The notes under the pieces were generated by a model that did no database searches, was not told the origin of the DNA, and saw nothing but the letters and a program-made list of their open reading frames with translations. A stretch of 64,000 bases of DNA, taken from Pseudogymnoascus verrucosus (taxonomy: Eukaryota). The position numbers and the translations under genes are program-made. Below, piece by piece: positions 39,280 through 52,735 of this stretch. Each line of letters begins with the position of its first letter. Position 1 is the stretch's first letter. The DNA lies in NCBI GenBank assembly GCA_001662655.1, contig KV460216.1; one strand, 5' to 3'.

Positions 39280-40624
39280 ATGGTTAGTGGTAACGCACCC
39301 GGAGAGAGCCACGCTCTGCAAGTTCAGATTCCTTGCATCGTGTTCTTTGTTGTCACACCCATCTTCATCATCATCAGAATATGGACTCGGATCAAGCTGA
39401 AGAGTGGCCTTGGCTATGATGACTGGACAATTTTGTTCTCTTTTGTAAGAATTCTTGGCAGATCGTGACCCGCCAAGCGGGCAGATCGCGATCCTCGGAA
39501 CTAGTTACAAACCTAATCTGCCTCACAGATCAATTCCTTGGCTGTTTCGGCCTTGATGATGGCATCCTGTGCCTATGGATTTGGGCAGCACAATGCCAAC
39601 TTGTCCGTGTATAATCGAAAGATGACTTTCAAGGTAATTATTTATCGCATTATCCATTCCGAGAATGCCGGTTGCTCACACTTCTCCAGCTGTTCTATGT
39701 AGCCCAAGCGTTCTACAAAATCACAATTAACCTGACGAAAGCTTCGATCCTGCTACTATATCTCAGAATTTTTATTCAGAGGCCTTTTCGGATTATGTGC
39801 TATGTTATGTTGGGGATCATCTTAAGTTACATGGTTGCCACTTTCTTTTCGTCTGTCTTTCAATGTACGCCTATATCGCGTGCTTGGGACAAATCGATTC
39901 ATGGCTCATGCATCAGTATTCCCAAGAACTGGTACGCCAATGCCGGCTTCTCGATCGCCACGGACTTTATCATTTTGGTGCTTCCAATGCCCATCATATA
40001 CAAGTCATATCTCCCTTCAAACCAAAAGGTGGCACTGATGTTTGTGTTTGCACTCGGAGCCTTGTAATTATGCCATACCCTTTTGAAAAATTAATTGCTG
40101 ACCCCTACAGTGTCATGATCACGAGTATCTTCCGAATGCAAACCCTTAATTTCTCATCAACAAGCCCTGATCCGACTTGTAAGTCCTATACACCACCCAA
40201 CCCCAGAATTATAAACAGCCGTTGACATATCCGGTAAGATGATATTGCCTCCTCACTCTGGACCATTGTTGAAGAAAATGTCGGCATCATATGTGCTTGT
40301 CTCCCCTCGTGCAGACCGATCCTTTCGATGCTGTTCCCCACTGTTTTCCCATCTAACTCTGGGAGCGGACCCTACGGGTCTTCTTCGGGGAACCCGAGAA
40401 GCAACACATTCGAGAACACTGATTCTGCCAAAAGCGGTTGGACCCCCTCACGGGGTGACAAAGACGCCATGGGAGTTAACCTCACGACTGTGAAGGCCCA
40501 TGGCTTGAAAGGCAGCACAAGCGAGGAATCCATTCTTAGGCGTCACGATGGGTTGGGTAATGACAGCGATGGGAATGGGATCCATAAGGTAACAGCTTAT
40601 TATGTTTCATGGCCTTTCGAATAA
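39280..40624 (+). CDS. PTH11-like integral membrane protein (fungal rhodopsin-like GPCR domain, no CFEM seen); 3' end approximate
   Basis: RIWTR..GLGYDDW, YGFGQH, TKASILLLYLRIF, FQCTPISRAWD..GSC, DFIILVLPMP, WTIVEENVGIICACLP. Confidence 0.9.
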
Positions 40625-40962
40625 TATTAAATACAGTTCACAATACCGACAGGGAAATATCTGACTGATGAAATATCCCTTAGGGTTAGGGTATATATAC
40701 TCTTCGCGATGTTGAAAGACATCATAGAATATGAACTTAAGTCATATGTGGTCGACGTCCAGTGTTTGATATTGATAACGAGGGTTGAAAGGTCCATGTG
40801 ATCCACATCCTTCGTAGCGCCTCCGTGGCAACCTCTAACAAGCCACAATTTTGTAGCCACCAATCAAACGTTGAGTTCTCCTGGCCAAAATAACCCGAAG
40901 CTGATGCCTGGGGTTAACTCAGAATCTACCTACCAGAGCTCCATCTCGCAGACATCCATTTA

Positions 40963-43560
40963 TCATAATCCGTCTTCTCCTCCCCTTCCCTTCCTTTCTC
41001 GTATTACTTCCCTCCATATTCTGACGCTACGACTTCTTTCCCCACCTCTTCTTTCCCACATCTTCTCTCCCCATCTCTTCATTCTTTCGCCCCCTCCTTC
41101 TCTCACTTCCCCTCCATTTTCCTTTACTTGGAGCCCTCTTATCTTTACCGCAGTGCCATTAGCATCTTTACCCTTTTTAGCAGGACACTCCTGTATTAAG
41201 AATTCGCAGTTCCTTCTTCTCCAATCTGAGAGGTCCCATTCTCTCTCCGCAATTATCATAACTGGTTGAATGATTTTGAGGGCCTCGTTATAGTCGCCAC
41301 CCCATAAAAGTACCCATGCGAGTGCTTGTTGTGAGGAAATAAGAATAGGGTGAGTAGGAGTAAAGATTGTGTTCTGTATCTGAACAACTTCCTGGAGTAG
41401 TGAAACAGCATGTTTATGCTTGCCGGCTCTAGAAAGCGCCATAGCAAGTTCATGTTGTGAAGTAAGGCAATTGACGTTGATATGGTTCATGTTTGTCTTA
41501 TGTATTTGAACAATATCCTCAAAGAGTAATATAGCCTCTTTATGCTCACCGGCTCTTGAAAGCGCCACAGCAAGTTCATGCTGTGAAGCAAGAAGGCTAA
41601 CATGTCCAGCTTTCTTAGTTGAGATCTGTATCTGCACGACATCCCGAAGGATAGAAATAGCCTCTTCATGGCTGCCGTCTTTTGAAAGTTCTATGGCAAG
41701 CCTCTGCAGGGAACTAAGACGGCTAGGATTTTCAGGTTCCGTTGTTGCTTTCTGCATCTTAACAATATCCTGGAGAAGTGAAATAGCATCTTTTGGCTTG
41801 CCATCCATCGAAAGTGCCCTAGCAAATTCATGCTGCGCCCATAAAATGTCCAGGGTAGAATATTGCGATGATGTTCCAATTGTTCGGACTACCTCTCGAA
41901 GGATGTCGACAGCAAGCTGGTTCTTCCCTTCTAATAGATAGATCGCTGCCAGTGCCATTTTTGTAGCAAACAAAATTCTATTTGTAATTGCTGTGGAGCC
42001 TTCATTGCTGCACACTATACTTTCAAGTATACCTTGGGCGGTATGATGATCGTGTAGTGGTATTAAGCATAGGGCATGGATATACTCTATCCAAGAGCTA
42101 TTTGTCAAGAGAGGATCTTCCGAATCAAACTTCTTCCGGAGTATTGTAGTTTGTGCTTTACACCGAATAAAGTTATCCACTCTGTAGAAAAACCATGCAA
42201 ATTGAGCGAACATTCGGCCAATCTCAATTGACGGGTATATATCAAAAGCCTTTTGGGGTGATTCGTCTATACAAGTCTCGATATGGGGTTGCAAAGGTCG
42301 CCAAAATTCCTCGTGGTCATGGTGGCAAGTTTCCACGAAAGATACTCACGAACATGTCGAAAGCGCGATCAGTGACATTGTACACACCCATGCATCCTGT
42401 CTATCGGCTTCTATAAGTCGATCCCATGCCCATGCGTGAGCTAACGGATGCATGGATATTTCCTTCGTTTCAAGTTGAATCGTAATGATGGCAAAAGACC
42501 GAAGAACTCCCAAGGCATCATGAAGAGAGGTGGGTAGATCATCTAATTCGTCGTTGAGGGATAGTCCATGGAGAAATTTAGGCAACCTTGACACATGCCA
42601 ACGCGACAAACCCGTAATGTCGTCGGCATTAAGAGGCTCTTCCGGAATGTTTTGCGCGTATTTCGAAGCACAGGTGAACATACCCTGGGGCACTCCCGTA
42701 AAATATAAATGGCCTAAGACACCGAGCAATTCCAGAGCATTAGCGTATGCTTGATTGGTTGATTTGGATTGCTCTAAAAATTGGGCGGAGATTTCGAATG
42801 TAGCGTAAACGTTTCCGCTTCTTGATGAAGCTTGTATCTGCCCGAAGCGCAGTAGAGAATCACGTTGCCGTTGAAACCTCTCAATATATTCCTTTAGCGT
42901 GCAGTAACGCTGGCTGATATATGCCCCTGCCTGTATTACAGCCAAAGCATGCTGCGCCAGTTGCTTTACCACAGCTTCGGCGTCGCCTTGTTTCTCAGTT
43001 CGATCCGATTTAGGGGTGTTGGATGCTTTGAATAGCAGCGAAATGGCATCATCGATCTCAAGTTCCGTCAGAGTTTTTGCGCCAGAAGTTCCATAATAAT
43101 GCATCTCGTTATTCCGGCTGGTTATTAGTATAGTGGCACCAACTCCCGTTGGAATATATGGATTTAGGTTTAATTCTAGATTGTCGGCGTTGTCAAGGAC
43201 AAAAAGATATGGGTGTTTTACATTGTCGAAAAAGGCCTTCGCTGTTGCAAAGTTCCTGATCTCTGAGCCTGTATCTGCTTGACATGCGTTAGCAGCATCG
43301 AGGTAACCGCGCTGGATGGTAGATGAAGCACTGGCATCGATCCAAAACACTCCCCAGAAACTAACAGTAATTAGATCAGCATCGATATGTTGGTGCATAG
43401 GTCAGATGTGATGACCTACCTCTGCCGATGTGTGGTCGCGAATCTCAAGCACACCTCCAATTCCAGTGATGGCAAAGCAGTTTTGTGGCGGTCCCTGACC
43501 AGTAACGAAATTGCAGAGCGTTGCATGCATTTCTTCCAAGAGTCTTTTGCCGTGCTTTCG
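40963..43560 (-). pseudogene. NB-ARC/NACHT-TPR NLR-like gene, disrupted
   Basis: FWGVFWIDASS, Walker B VLDNAD, ILITSRN, LAVIQAGAYI, MHPLAHAW and 42-aa TPR repeats (LASQHELA); Walker A GKS deleted with frameshift at ~43455; in-frame TGA 42346-42348; no N-terminal domain. Confidence 0.8.
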
Positions 43561-43933
43561 GTAGGATTCTTTTACCGATTGGCAGTTCTGAAGGAAACCG
43601 TGTCTGACGATGTGAACTACGATCCCGAAACTAGCCAGTCTGTAGAATAGCTGCAAAATCAATCACCATTTTTTGGCTCTAGTTGTGGCAGTTTTGAAAA
43701 ACTATTAGTTATGCCATGGATGCCATCGCTGTTTCCCAAATATAACCAATATTCTCTATGGCAACAAATTTGAAGTGACAAAAACTACATAAAGTAATTC
43801 AAAAATATTTATAGAAATTCCATTTACTGCTATAAGTAAAATAGCCACGTAGATTTGGCGCTTTGGCTATTCATATTGTCAAAGGGGTCTTATAGAGTGG
43901 CTATAATTGATTTAGCACAGCTTGCTTCCCTCT

Positions 43934-44773
43934 CTACCCTCTCCAGACGGCCGGACCAGGAATGGTATAGCTAGTTGGCTACGTAGACATAGTTAGTATC
44001 AGCATTATTATATTTCGTAGAAGCGTAACATACCACAGGCCAGTAGATTTGGATCAAAATTCCAGGATCAGTTGCCTTGTAAGCTCCAGGGAACGAAACC
44101 AATGGGGCTGGAGTTCCACTGCCACCGCCTGTCACCGTGATTTGTCCGCAAGACAGATAGAACTGTGCACCGTTTGCTTGGCTAGCGGCGTGAAGACCGA
44201 TATGCTCAATTCGTGCAAGATAATCACCGGACGGTGTAGCTTTTGGGATTGTAAAGCCGAGAGTCGTCAAACCTATGCACGATTAGAAACAAGTTATTAT
44301 ATGTAGGAAACACATACCACTTGAAGGCCAATCTCCTCCGTTACCAACCCATCCGGTGGGGCCTTGTTCCCAAACCTTGAACCAAACAGCACCACTTCCG
44401 TCCCAGGTGGCAGCAGTCTTTCCAGCTGGAACTTTGGCTAAGTATGCTAGACTTGGACCAGGATGCTGAATGCTTGGGTCGACAACAAAGCTAAGGGTGG
44501 ACCCTGCAGCTACTGACAGGATACCTGGAGCAAATGCGGAAGACGCATCCTTTCCACATCGGATATCCAGCAATGACGTGTCTAGTACTGGACCATGACT
44601 GTCTGAGTCGGATCTCTTTCGAACTGCACAATAATTAGAAATGAAGGATACGGGATAAAGGGCATACCTTGTTGCCAAGTTGCTTGAGTGGTGCCGCCGT
44701 AGATCAAGGCGTTGAAGTTGTAGTGGGCTTGAACCACAGAAGCGGAGGCTAGGAGAACAGGGAGTAGTTGCAT
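43934..44773 (-). CDS. AA9 (GH61) lytic polysaccharide monooxygenase
   Basis: Signal peptide then His1 (QA/HYNF), HPGP, WFKV, EHIGLH..AQFYLSC, FPGAY..TDPG, YTIPGP; 3 introns. Confidence 0.95.
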
Positions 44774-45467
44774 GTTGAGAGGTATTGAAAACGTTGAAAT
44801 GTGGGCGATATCATTGCCACTATTTTGGAAGATTGTTGCCTCATATACAAATTCACGGGTTTAGTTCCATTTTCATTAGTGCTTTCCTGTAGATGGCTAG
44901 AAAGGTCACCTGCGACGAATATATTATCAGATCACGCTGACCTTCCTCGATTGGCGGAAGTTCCCTGTATTCCACTTTAGGCTGAGGTAAAGTTGACTAT
45001 TTTCTTGTTTTGCGTTACGGCTAAATTGGGTCTATAATCGCGGTTCCAAAGCAGCGAATCTTAAGTTGCCATCATTAACAATCTTGTTTACTTGGCACTC
45101 ACCCACAGCAGAGATGACTGCCGTAAATATATTAAGCACACATGAAGCTAAGAAAGACGGCCAGTCCATTTGCTGAAGCTCCCACACAAACCGGCTAAGA
45201 AATAATTATCTCCGGGAGTACTATATTTAATTATATGAAATGAAATTAGCGTCATCAATATTTTGGTCACAAGCTTCGAAAGAACTGCCGAACATCAGAA
45301 GTTGTACTTCCGACTCTACTGTCGCAGAATTATCAAACGTAGGCAGTGAGCAGGACTTGGCATTCTACGAGGCTATCTTTCTTATCCTCTTTAAAGGGAG
45401 CTTCCTAAGACTTTTGAATATATTCCAAGCTCTCATCCTTAGCCAATCAGTCATGTTTGAGAAGTGG

Positions 45468-48400
45468 TTAGAAAACCGTGAAGAACTCCTTCCACTTTTC
45501 TTCCCACACCTTCTTAAGTTCATGCATCACTATTTTCTTGGGCGTATCCTCAGAAACCTCGATATAATCATGCCCCTTTCTGCAAACACCCAGGTTACTT
45601 CCTTTATTTATCTTTTGCCAGCACCTGTGACATAGAATGGTATTAGTGCAGTAGTAGCATAGACGGACTGGGTTGTCTTCGTCGAAGTTGTCCATCGTCG
45701 TGCCGCAGGGGCCATTGCATTCGACATTAATCTTAGAAGGTTTATGATTTGGTTTCTCCACTTTCCTAGACCTCGTCCGGTCCGCTTTCTCACGTTGCCC
45801 CCCATCATCGATATTTAAATCAGAACTGACCAGGCACCAGTTTTTGAACGCGGCTCTTGATTGTTCCTCTAGCCCTAGCAGAGCCAGAATTTTAGCAAGC
45901 ATCACGTAGCTTGGCTTGTCGTTGTAGATTACGTTGTCTGTCAGCGCCTTGTAGCAACTATGAAAGGTCTTGTCTACTTCCTCAAAGAATTTCTTCTCCT
46001 GCTTCGTACGTCGGTATATTATGGCAAGTGGGATACTCAGCGGCGACAAGGACACCTCAAAATCCGGGTCTTGTATGCCCGAAAACCATTTAATTACGTG
46101 TTCCATGCTGCCTTGTGCCTTCTCCTTTCTGCTTAAGTAGTCTTCAACTTCTTCGTTGGCCAACGGGCGGCAGAACTCCTCAAAGTAATAGTCCATTAGT
46201 TGCCAGCTTGCAAATGTCTTCGTCGCAAAACTAGCGTTTGTCGTAGGGTTTAGCACCAAAAGAAGATCCTTTACACTCTGCTCAGCCCACTCCTCCTTGC
46301 CGTCGGAACCCGGAAGACTGTAGAATCGCCAAAAGATAGCACGCCAAAGGAGTGTCGAGCCTAACAATTGACTGTTTTGCTGCTTCTCGAGGGTCTCAAT
46401 AGCTTTGTCGTATAAAACCTTGATTCTCTTAAGGACACTAGTATTTCCTTGCGCGCTGTATTGAATGAACTTATGTGTTTCTTTCTTGCATCCATCTGAG
46501 AGTTGCGTGTCGCTGACGCCATTTAAGAGCAGATGCATGTTGTCCCAATGACCCCGATTCCGCTCCGCTCGTTCCGCTATGTGCCTTACAATATCATCGA
46601 AGAAGGTTATTTCCGGGTACCCTGAAATTCTCCCGATAATTTTTTTCTCCTCTTCGAGACAGCTATTTAGCTTGATTTCAATTTTGAGTTTCAATTGCTT
46701 TGTCCTCTCAACTTTCTCTTTTCCCTTCTCTTTGTCTTTAGAGCATTTTTCTCCACACTTGACCGCTTCATCAAGATTCCTTAACGCTTCTCTAAGTTTC
46801 CCTTTGTCGTCTTTCCTAGGATATGAGTCTTCTACGTCACCGAAGTTAATACGACCGATCCTGTCATAAAGCTCAAACTTCGTCCATGGATCGTTTGGAG
46901 GATCATTTGGATCTAATTCTAGTCCCAAGTTGGCTTTTGATAAAGCCTCATCGTAGTGTCCATTATACCGCAAGGCCATCGCGAGGCACTTATAGTCTTG
47001 CGCGCTATATGACTTTCCCCATAAATTCTCTGAAACTTCCATGATAGAATCGGCTGTAATTTCCGCTTTAAATTCTTTACGGCCGGAATATCGAAGCATT
47101 TGATTGGCTAGTTGAAAGCAAGTGTAAGCCTCGACCGGAAATTTGCTGAATCGCCAATTCTGAGCATGCGCCCTAGCAATCTCTTTGCAAACATTTCTAT
47201 AACATTCGCTCCTACTTTGGCAACCTTCGCTCAAGTTTCGGCAACCGTTGCTCATCCTTCGGCAAAAGCTCTTGAGTTTCGCACGTTTAGGCCCATAGCC
47301 ATCCTCTTCCAGATACATGTTAGACCAATCCCAAATCGATTTCGCGATTTTGTCAGCATTTGTTCTGTTAATTTTTGTCTGGCTTTCGATCTTCGCTAGA
47401 GCGTCATTCCTTATCTCATCGACATCCAAGACATTAGAAATCATCATGATTACAGATTCAGCGCCTGGATACTCGTATTTTGTTTTGTGGGGGACACAAG
47501 TATTTAGCCTTAGGAGGTAGTCGCTCCATGACTTTGCGGCGTAAGAGGACAATTCCGCATCTGCCACATCTGCCGTAGAATTATATGCATCACTCTTTGC
47601 CATAGTGAGTACCATCGTAACCAGCTCAAACATCACTACTATGGGGGGTATCCGATCTTCGCTAGAATTACGGAGGAAGAAGGTTCGAAGCGATGGCTCT
47701 GAAAATGCGAGAAAGCTAGTATTGTCATACTCGTTTATCTTCGAATCTCGGTAATTGTGTTCTATCGCTGTCAAAAAATTCGGCGAAAGGGATAAGATCC
47801 TGTAAGTGTTAGAGCGTGCTAGGTTTTCGGTGTGAAATGTGAGGTTTCTCCTACCGAGACAAGGGACCGTCTAATTCATCGTCGATATCGATGTCTTCTC
47901 CATCTTCATGTTTACCCTTTTCCTTGATCCACTCATGGAGCCGTCGTATAGCACCCAGGGTAAAGCGATGCTCTGCATAGGCAAGCCATATCAAGATTTT
48001 TCTTCGCTGCTGGTACTCCTTTGCGCTGCGGCGACTACCAAACAATTGCTTGTAGATGTCATCAGTGCTTTCAGGTAGCTCGCCCCATTGAACCTTGAGC
48101 CACGTACTATTATTCAGTCCATGGAGGGTATGCTCAATATATGGAAAACCTAGGATTCGGTCAGCAAATCTAAGACTAGCTAAGTACGAGTTGGTAGGTG
48201 ACGTACTGTCAGCCTTGCTGCACACCTCGTCGATGATTATTGTCTTGCGATATTCCGGAAGCATCGAAAGCCTTTGCAAGGTTTGTAGGCGAGATTTCGC
48301 AAATATTTCCAAATCGTTCTTGCTTTCAGTTACATTCTCACGTCTGCTTCTAAATGTCAAATCGATGACTGCTGTCCTAGTTTCATCGGGCTGTTCCATT

Positions 48401-49911
48401 TCTTCTGAATTGTCTGATGCCAAAGAAATGGCAGGGTGCAACAGGATTTCCTTGAGCTTGTCGTTGATCTTGACCATTTCTGTGTAGGCCTCGTCGTCGA
48501 CCTTGATCTTTTCCATGTTGGCGCCATCTATCACTAAGAACATGCGTGTGTTCTTCACTCCCTCAGTTTTCTCAAGGAACAACTCTAGACATAAGTGATT
48601 CTTGATGTGTTTGTCTGTGCAGTTGCAAGTGTCCTGTTTTTTGTCCTCTCGCTCCTTCAAATCCTCAACGAGCCGTTTACGGTATTTATTATCCTGCATA
48701 GCAAACTGAAGCGCACAGCAACATATCATGTCTTGGACAGTGAAGCGCTTGCCGCTCCGATCTGCGAAGCTGAAGTAGGCCGTGAGAATTCTCTCTTCGG
48801 CCTCGGGTCGTTGTGCTATTAAGCTGTAGAAGATATAGAAGAGCAACATGCTTTTGCCACTCCAAGCGCCGCCTTTTATAATCAGTCGAGTGATTTCACC
48901 TTCCTTAAATTTCTTGAAATCCGCTGTCTCGTGCAACCAAAGACAAGTGTCTTGCATGAAGGCATACCCCATTTCCGCTATATGCTGTCTAAGAGACAAC
49001 TCAGCACCTGTAGAAAGTCGTTTTAGCGTGCCCTCTAATCCACTAAACCTTCTCTGTCCTAAGTCCGTCAACTTGTTTTCATAGGTGGTATCATTTGAAT
49101 TGTTTCTTTGAGAACGGACGCCACGGTATTCGCGCTCGGAATCGTTTCTGTGGTTTCCCATCACACCAAAAACAATGTCTTGCCGAGGCAACGTAGATAC
49201 ACTCCACAGTACCGTGCGAAGCAAACTCTGGGTCTCTCGAGACATTTCCTCCAAATTCTCTACTCCCCTGCCAGTTTGGACACTAATGCCAAGGGTGGCA
49301 GTGATGATGGCCGACTCGAAGTGGCTCATCTGATTGTTAAACTCGGCGTACGCTCCTGCTAGCCCGTCATCAGCCTGGAACAGCGTCTTGGTGAAAGTCA
49401 GCATGCGGCCAGCCTTCGTGAAAGTCTGCGCGATGGCACACATATTTAGAATTGTCCCTAACAACCGCACGAGCTGTGAGCGAAATGCGTTTTGAGGAGG
49501 CATCCTTTCTTGGAGAAGGGCCAACCTCTCACAGAAGATAATAACGGTTTCGTAGAAGCCGACAATCTGATCATACTTGTCGCTCACATTTTTGCATGCT
49601 CCAAGCACGAAGACAAGGGCCTGGCTAATAGTCGGGGCAGGCGGAAATGAGGCGCTTGCAATGTTGCCAGCCATGCCGACTAGAGTCTGGATGACACCCG
49701 ATAACTTCCCCAAGGATGTGCGAATTCTGTCTACCCATTTATCATTATGCCGAAAATCAAGGAATTTCTTTTGAAGTTCCGTTGCCTTCGTTGCAGGCTC
49801 ACTGCCAGGTTCAAATTTGTAGACGACTCCTGTGGTATTGTTATACTTCTTGATCGCCTCGTCCCAGATCGCCGTAAGGTCCGAATCTGCCGCTGGGATA
49901 TTGAGAGCCAT
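45468..49911 (-). CDS. NLR-like STAND protein: Goodbye-like N-terminus, NACHT-like NTPase, TPR-like region, C-terminal ZZ-like zinc finger
   Basis: DLTAIWDEAIKKY..F.FRH..ASASFPPA (Goodbye-like); TCLWL..IKGGAWSGKS Walker A; AYFSF; FLVIDG Walker B; C-terminal CNGPC..CYYC..LCHRC..C..H; introns ~48150-48206 and ~47800-47855. Confidence 0.8.
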
Positions 49912-50572
49912 GAGTGAACGAGGAGCAAGGTTCGCTTCTATAGGGGATATAATAGCTCTGTATTTTTTACAGCAGTTGAAGCAATATGTGCAAGTGTTGA
50001 TATTACAGCCGATAGGAACTCTTGGTCAATTTATTTTTATGTAACAATTGCCATTACATACATATACTGCGTTGGGCAGACCTGGAGAAGCACAATCGGT
50101 TGCATCAGGCAGGCTTGCAGGTGCATCCCGTTGCGTGTTTCTTCCGATACGGTTCCTGGAATCGGAGTATTATTTACCCGTTTACCACGTATTGTTCCTA
50201 GATATGGTTGCCTAAACTGTTTTTCGTTTTTCTTGGAGTTACACTGTACACAATGTGTAGAACTCTGTGTACACGAGATAGGGAACAGATCTTCCTAGTG
50301 CCAGTTCTGTGTTAACTCACTTCTAACGCTAGTTTATACGCGTAGTATTGCAGACTAGGTCACCGCAGCCTTACGTCCTTCATCAGCTCTTCTAAAACAA
50401 TAAAAATAAAAATAAAGCGGAGGTTTCCTACCACGACGCAGATTAGCCTTTCATTTTACCTCTAGTAAGTTCACGTCTAAGATATACTTATATGGCTTTT
50501 TCTTAACTTACTGCTAGAATACTGCAATATACTGTTTCTTTTATGACATAGTGTCACACCTACTCTTTAAAT

Positions 50573-52735
50573 ATGAGCAAACGGGCGAAGCGCAAAGCAA
50601 AGGAGATAACGATGTCCTCTGCCGGCTCTCAGAGCATTCAGTTCTACAATAAAGAAGGGAATATGTGCGAAAATACCTCTTTAGATGACCTGCGAGCTCA
50701 AAATAGTGAGCTTTGCAGTCGTTGCAACGGAATCGATATGGACAACGCATTAAAGGTTACGAATGATCAGAGTAGCCGCTTCATCATGCCTCTTGGAAAT
50801 ATCTCTGAGGATATGAAGTATTCTCTATGCCCACTTTGTCGCCTATTTTCTTTTACATTTGTCCCACTGGAGACTAAGCGATACCCTACTCTGAGAGGCC
50901 ATCACCTACGAGTGTTTATGGTTGATTCAACAGATATCAATACGATTAACTTTAGAGGACACGGAGTAGCTCTTGGAGTTTGCCAAGGAATTTTGGAAAA
51001 GAAGATAGCGGCTAAAGAACGACTGAGATGCCTTGCCAAGGGGTTTATTGCTCCCGTCTTCCCTCGGAATCCACACCCGAGTGCGCTTCAGCTGCAACTG
51101 GTTTCTAGAGGAAAAGTTGATTTTCAACAAATGCAAGCTTGGCTTCAGAAATGTCAAGATAATCATTCTGGAATTTGCGGACGAAAGACTGGCTCTCGTC
51201 CTATTGGTTTTAAATGCATTGATATCAACACCAGGTTGACTTGCTATATTAAGTCAGACGATGAGTATTATGCACTTAGTTACGTTTGGGCCACTTCAAA
51301 CACAGGCACTAGTGCTAAAGGTGTGACCGATGATGCTAGCGCACTGCCACTCTCCGGTGTGCCTCAAGTTATTGAAGATGCTATAGCTGTGGTGCGAGGT
51401 CTTGGAGGACAGTATTTATGGGTTGATAAGTATTGCATTAATCAAAAGGATCAAGATCAAAAGCAAACTCAGATTAACGCCATGGATAAGATTTATGAGG
51501 GTGCTATAGCAACAATTATCGCTGCTTCTGCAAAGAATTCGCCTCCTGGTCTGGCAGGTGTTAGTCGCCCCCGAATTCTGCAGCAACCTACTGAATTGGT
51601 TGGAAGTCATTTGCTGGCATCTACATTATCGCATATCTCTAAAGCTGTAGCAGCTTCTACTTGGGTCACGCGAGGTTGGACATACCAAGAGGCGGTCCTT
51701 TCCGAGAGGTGTTTTTTTTTTACAGACGAGCAAGTGCATTTTCTGTGCAGATGTTCGACTTCCTGCGAGTCTATTGCTGCGTCTCCAAAGGCAGTTATAT
51801 CGTCCCCTATAAGGGCAAGGACTAGGAATGATGCATGGAGCGTTAATGAAACAGCTGCTGGCCAAAACCTAACCGGCTTGTGGGACTTTTTCGACACCTT
51901 GCATCATTACAAAAGCCGGGATTTGACGTATGAGTCTGATTCTCTGAATGCTTTTCAGGGACTGCTAGCAAAGTCGAGCTTTAGGAACATCTGGGGGGTG
52001 CCAATTGCTTGCGATCCCGATCGAGAAGAAGCCGCCCTCTCTATTGGCTTTGCAAGAGGACTTTGGTGGGAGAATCCAGGAAACAACTGGAGCGATGTTC
52101 TGAAAGCTGAAGAAACGTACGTTTCATATACTCGACGTCCTAGTTTCCCAAGCTGGTCATGGGCTGGTTGGGGTGGTCCAACTCGGCCGCATAAATATTG
52201 TGGTGATAAGTCCTCTGATACTGGCTGCAACGAGGTGGACGATGAATCCTTCGATATACAGTTTTGGGTTGAGCTCACATCTGGCGAACAGATTTCTCTG
52301 AGTGAATTTTGTCACTTGACCAAAAAATCAAGCCAGGTTCCTCAACTGTCTCACATTTTACACATCGAAACAGAAATACACAAAGTAAGAATTCGTCGCC
52401 ATCCGCACCATCCAAAGTCTATGGCTTGCATTTGCGATTGTCCACTAGACTACAATCGATGCAATAAAAAGAAAAAGCATATGACGTCTACTCACAACGT
52501 CCGATTCTTCGAGGATCTAATGAGAAACGAAAGTTTTTCTGACGTCATCTTCTCTCAGTTCTGGGACGTTATTCCCCTTTTCACAGCTAAGGATTCAAAA
52601 TATTCAGTCTCAATTGCGTCGCTGATTATCGACTGGAATAAAGAGTCATCCGGTCTTGCTCAAGTTCGAGGGGTTGCATATCTTCACAGGAGATTATTTT
52701 TAGGTACTAGGCGCCTTAAGTTTCGGCTAACATGA
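50573..52735 (+). CDS. HET-domain (TOL-like) heterokaryon incompatibility protein
   Basis: YYALSYVW, PQVIEDAI, YLWVDKYCINQ, QINAMDKIYEGA..TIIA, WVTRGWTYQE..LSER, FPSWSWAGW; intronless 720 aa. Confidence 0.92.
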   Translation: MSKRAKRKAKEITMSSAGSQSIQFYNKEGNMCENTSLDDLRAQNSELCSRCNGIDMDNALKVTNDQSSRFIMPLGNISEDMKYSLCPLCRLFSFTFVPLETKRYPTLRGHHLRVFMVDSTDINTINFRGHGVALGVCQGILEKKIAAKERLRCLAKGFIAPVFPRNPHPSALQLQLVSRGKVDFQQMQAWLQKCQDNHSGICGRKTGSRPIGFKCIDINTRLTCYIKSDDEYYALSYVWATSNTGTSAKGVTDDASALPLSGVPQVIEDAIAVVRGLGGQYLWVDKYCINQKDQDQKQTQINAMDKIYEGAIATIIAASAKNSPPGLAGVSRPRILQQPTELVGSHLLASTLSHISKAVAASTWVTRGWTYQEAVLSERCFFFTDEQVHFLCRCSTSCESIAASPKAVISSPIRARTRNDAWSVNETAAGQNLTGLWDFFDTLHHYKSRDLTYESDSLNAFQGLLAKSSFRNIWGVPIACDPDREEAALSIGFARGLWWENPGNNWSDVLKAEETYVSYTRRPSFPSWSWAGWGGPTRPHKYCGDKSSDTGCNEVDDESFDIQFWVELTSGEQISLSEFCHLTKKSSQVPQLSHILHIETEIHKVRIRRHPHHPKSMACICDCPLDYNRCNKKKKHMTSTHNVRFFEDLMRNESFSDVIFSQFWDVIPLFTAKDSKYSVSIASLIIDWNKESSGLAQVRGVAYLHRRLFLGTRRLKFRLT

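Noticed and set aside
40680..40691. TTAGGGTTAGGG telomere-like sequence at the island's left edge
   Set aside because: Only two units; compatible with chance
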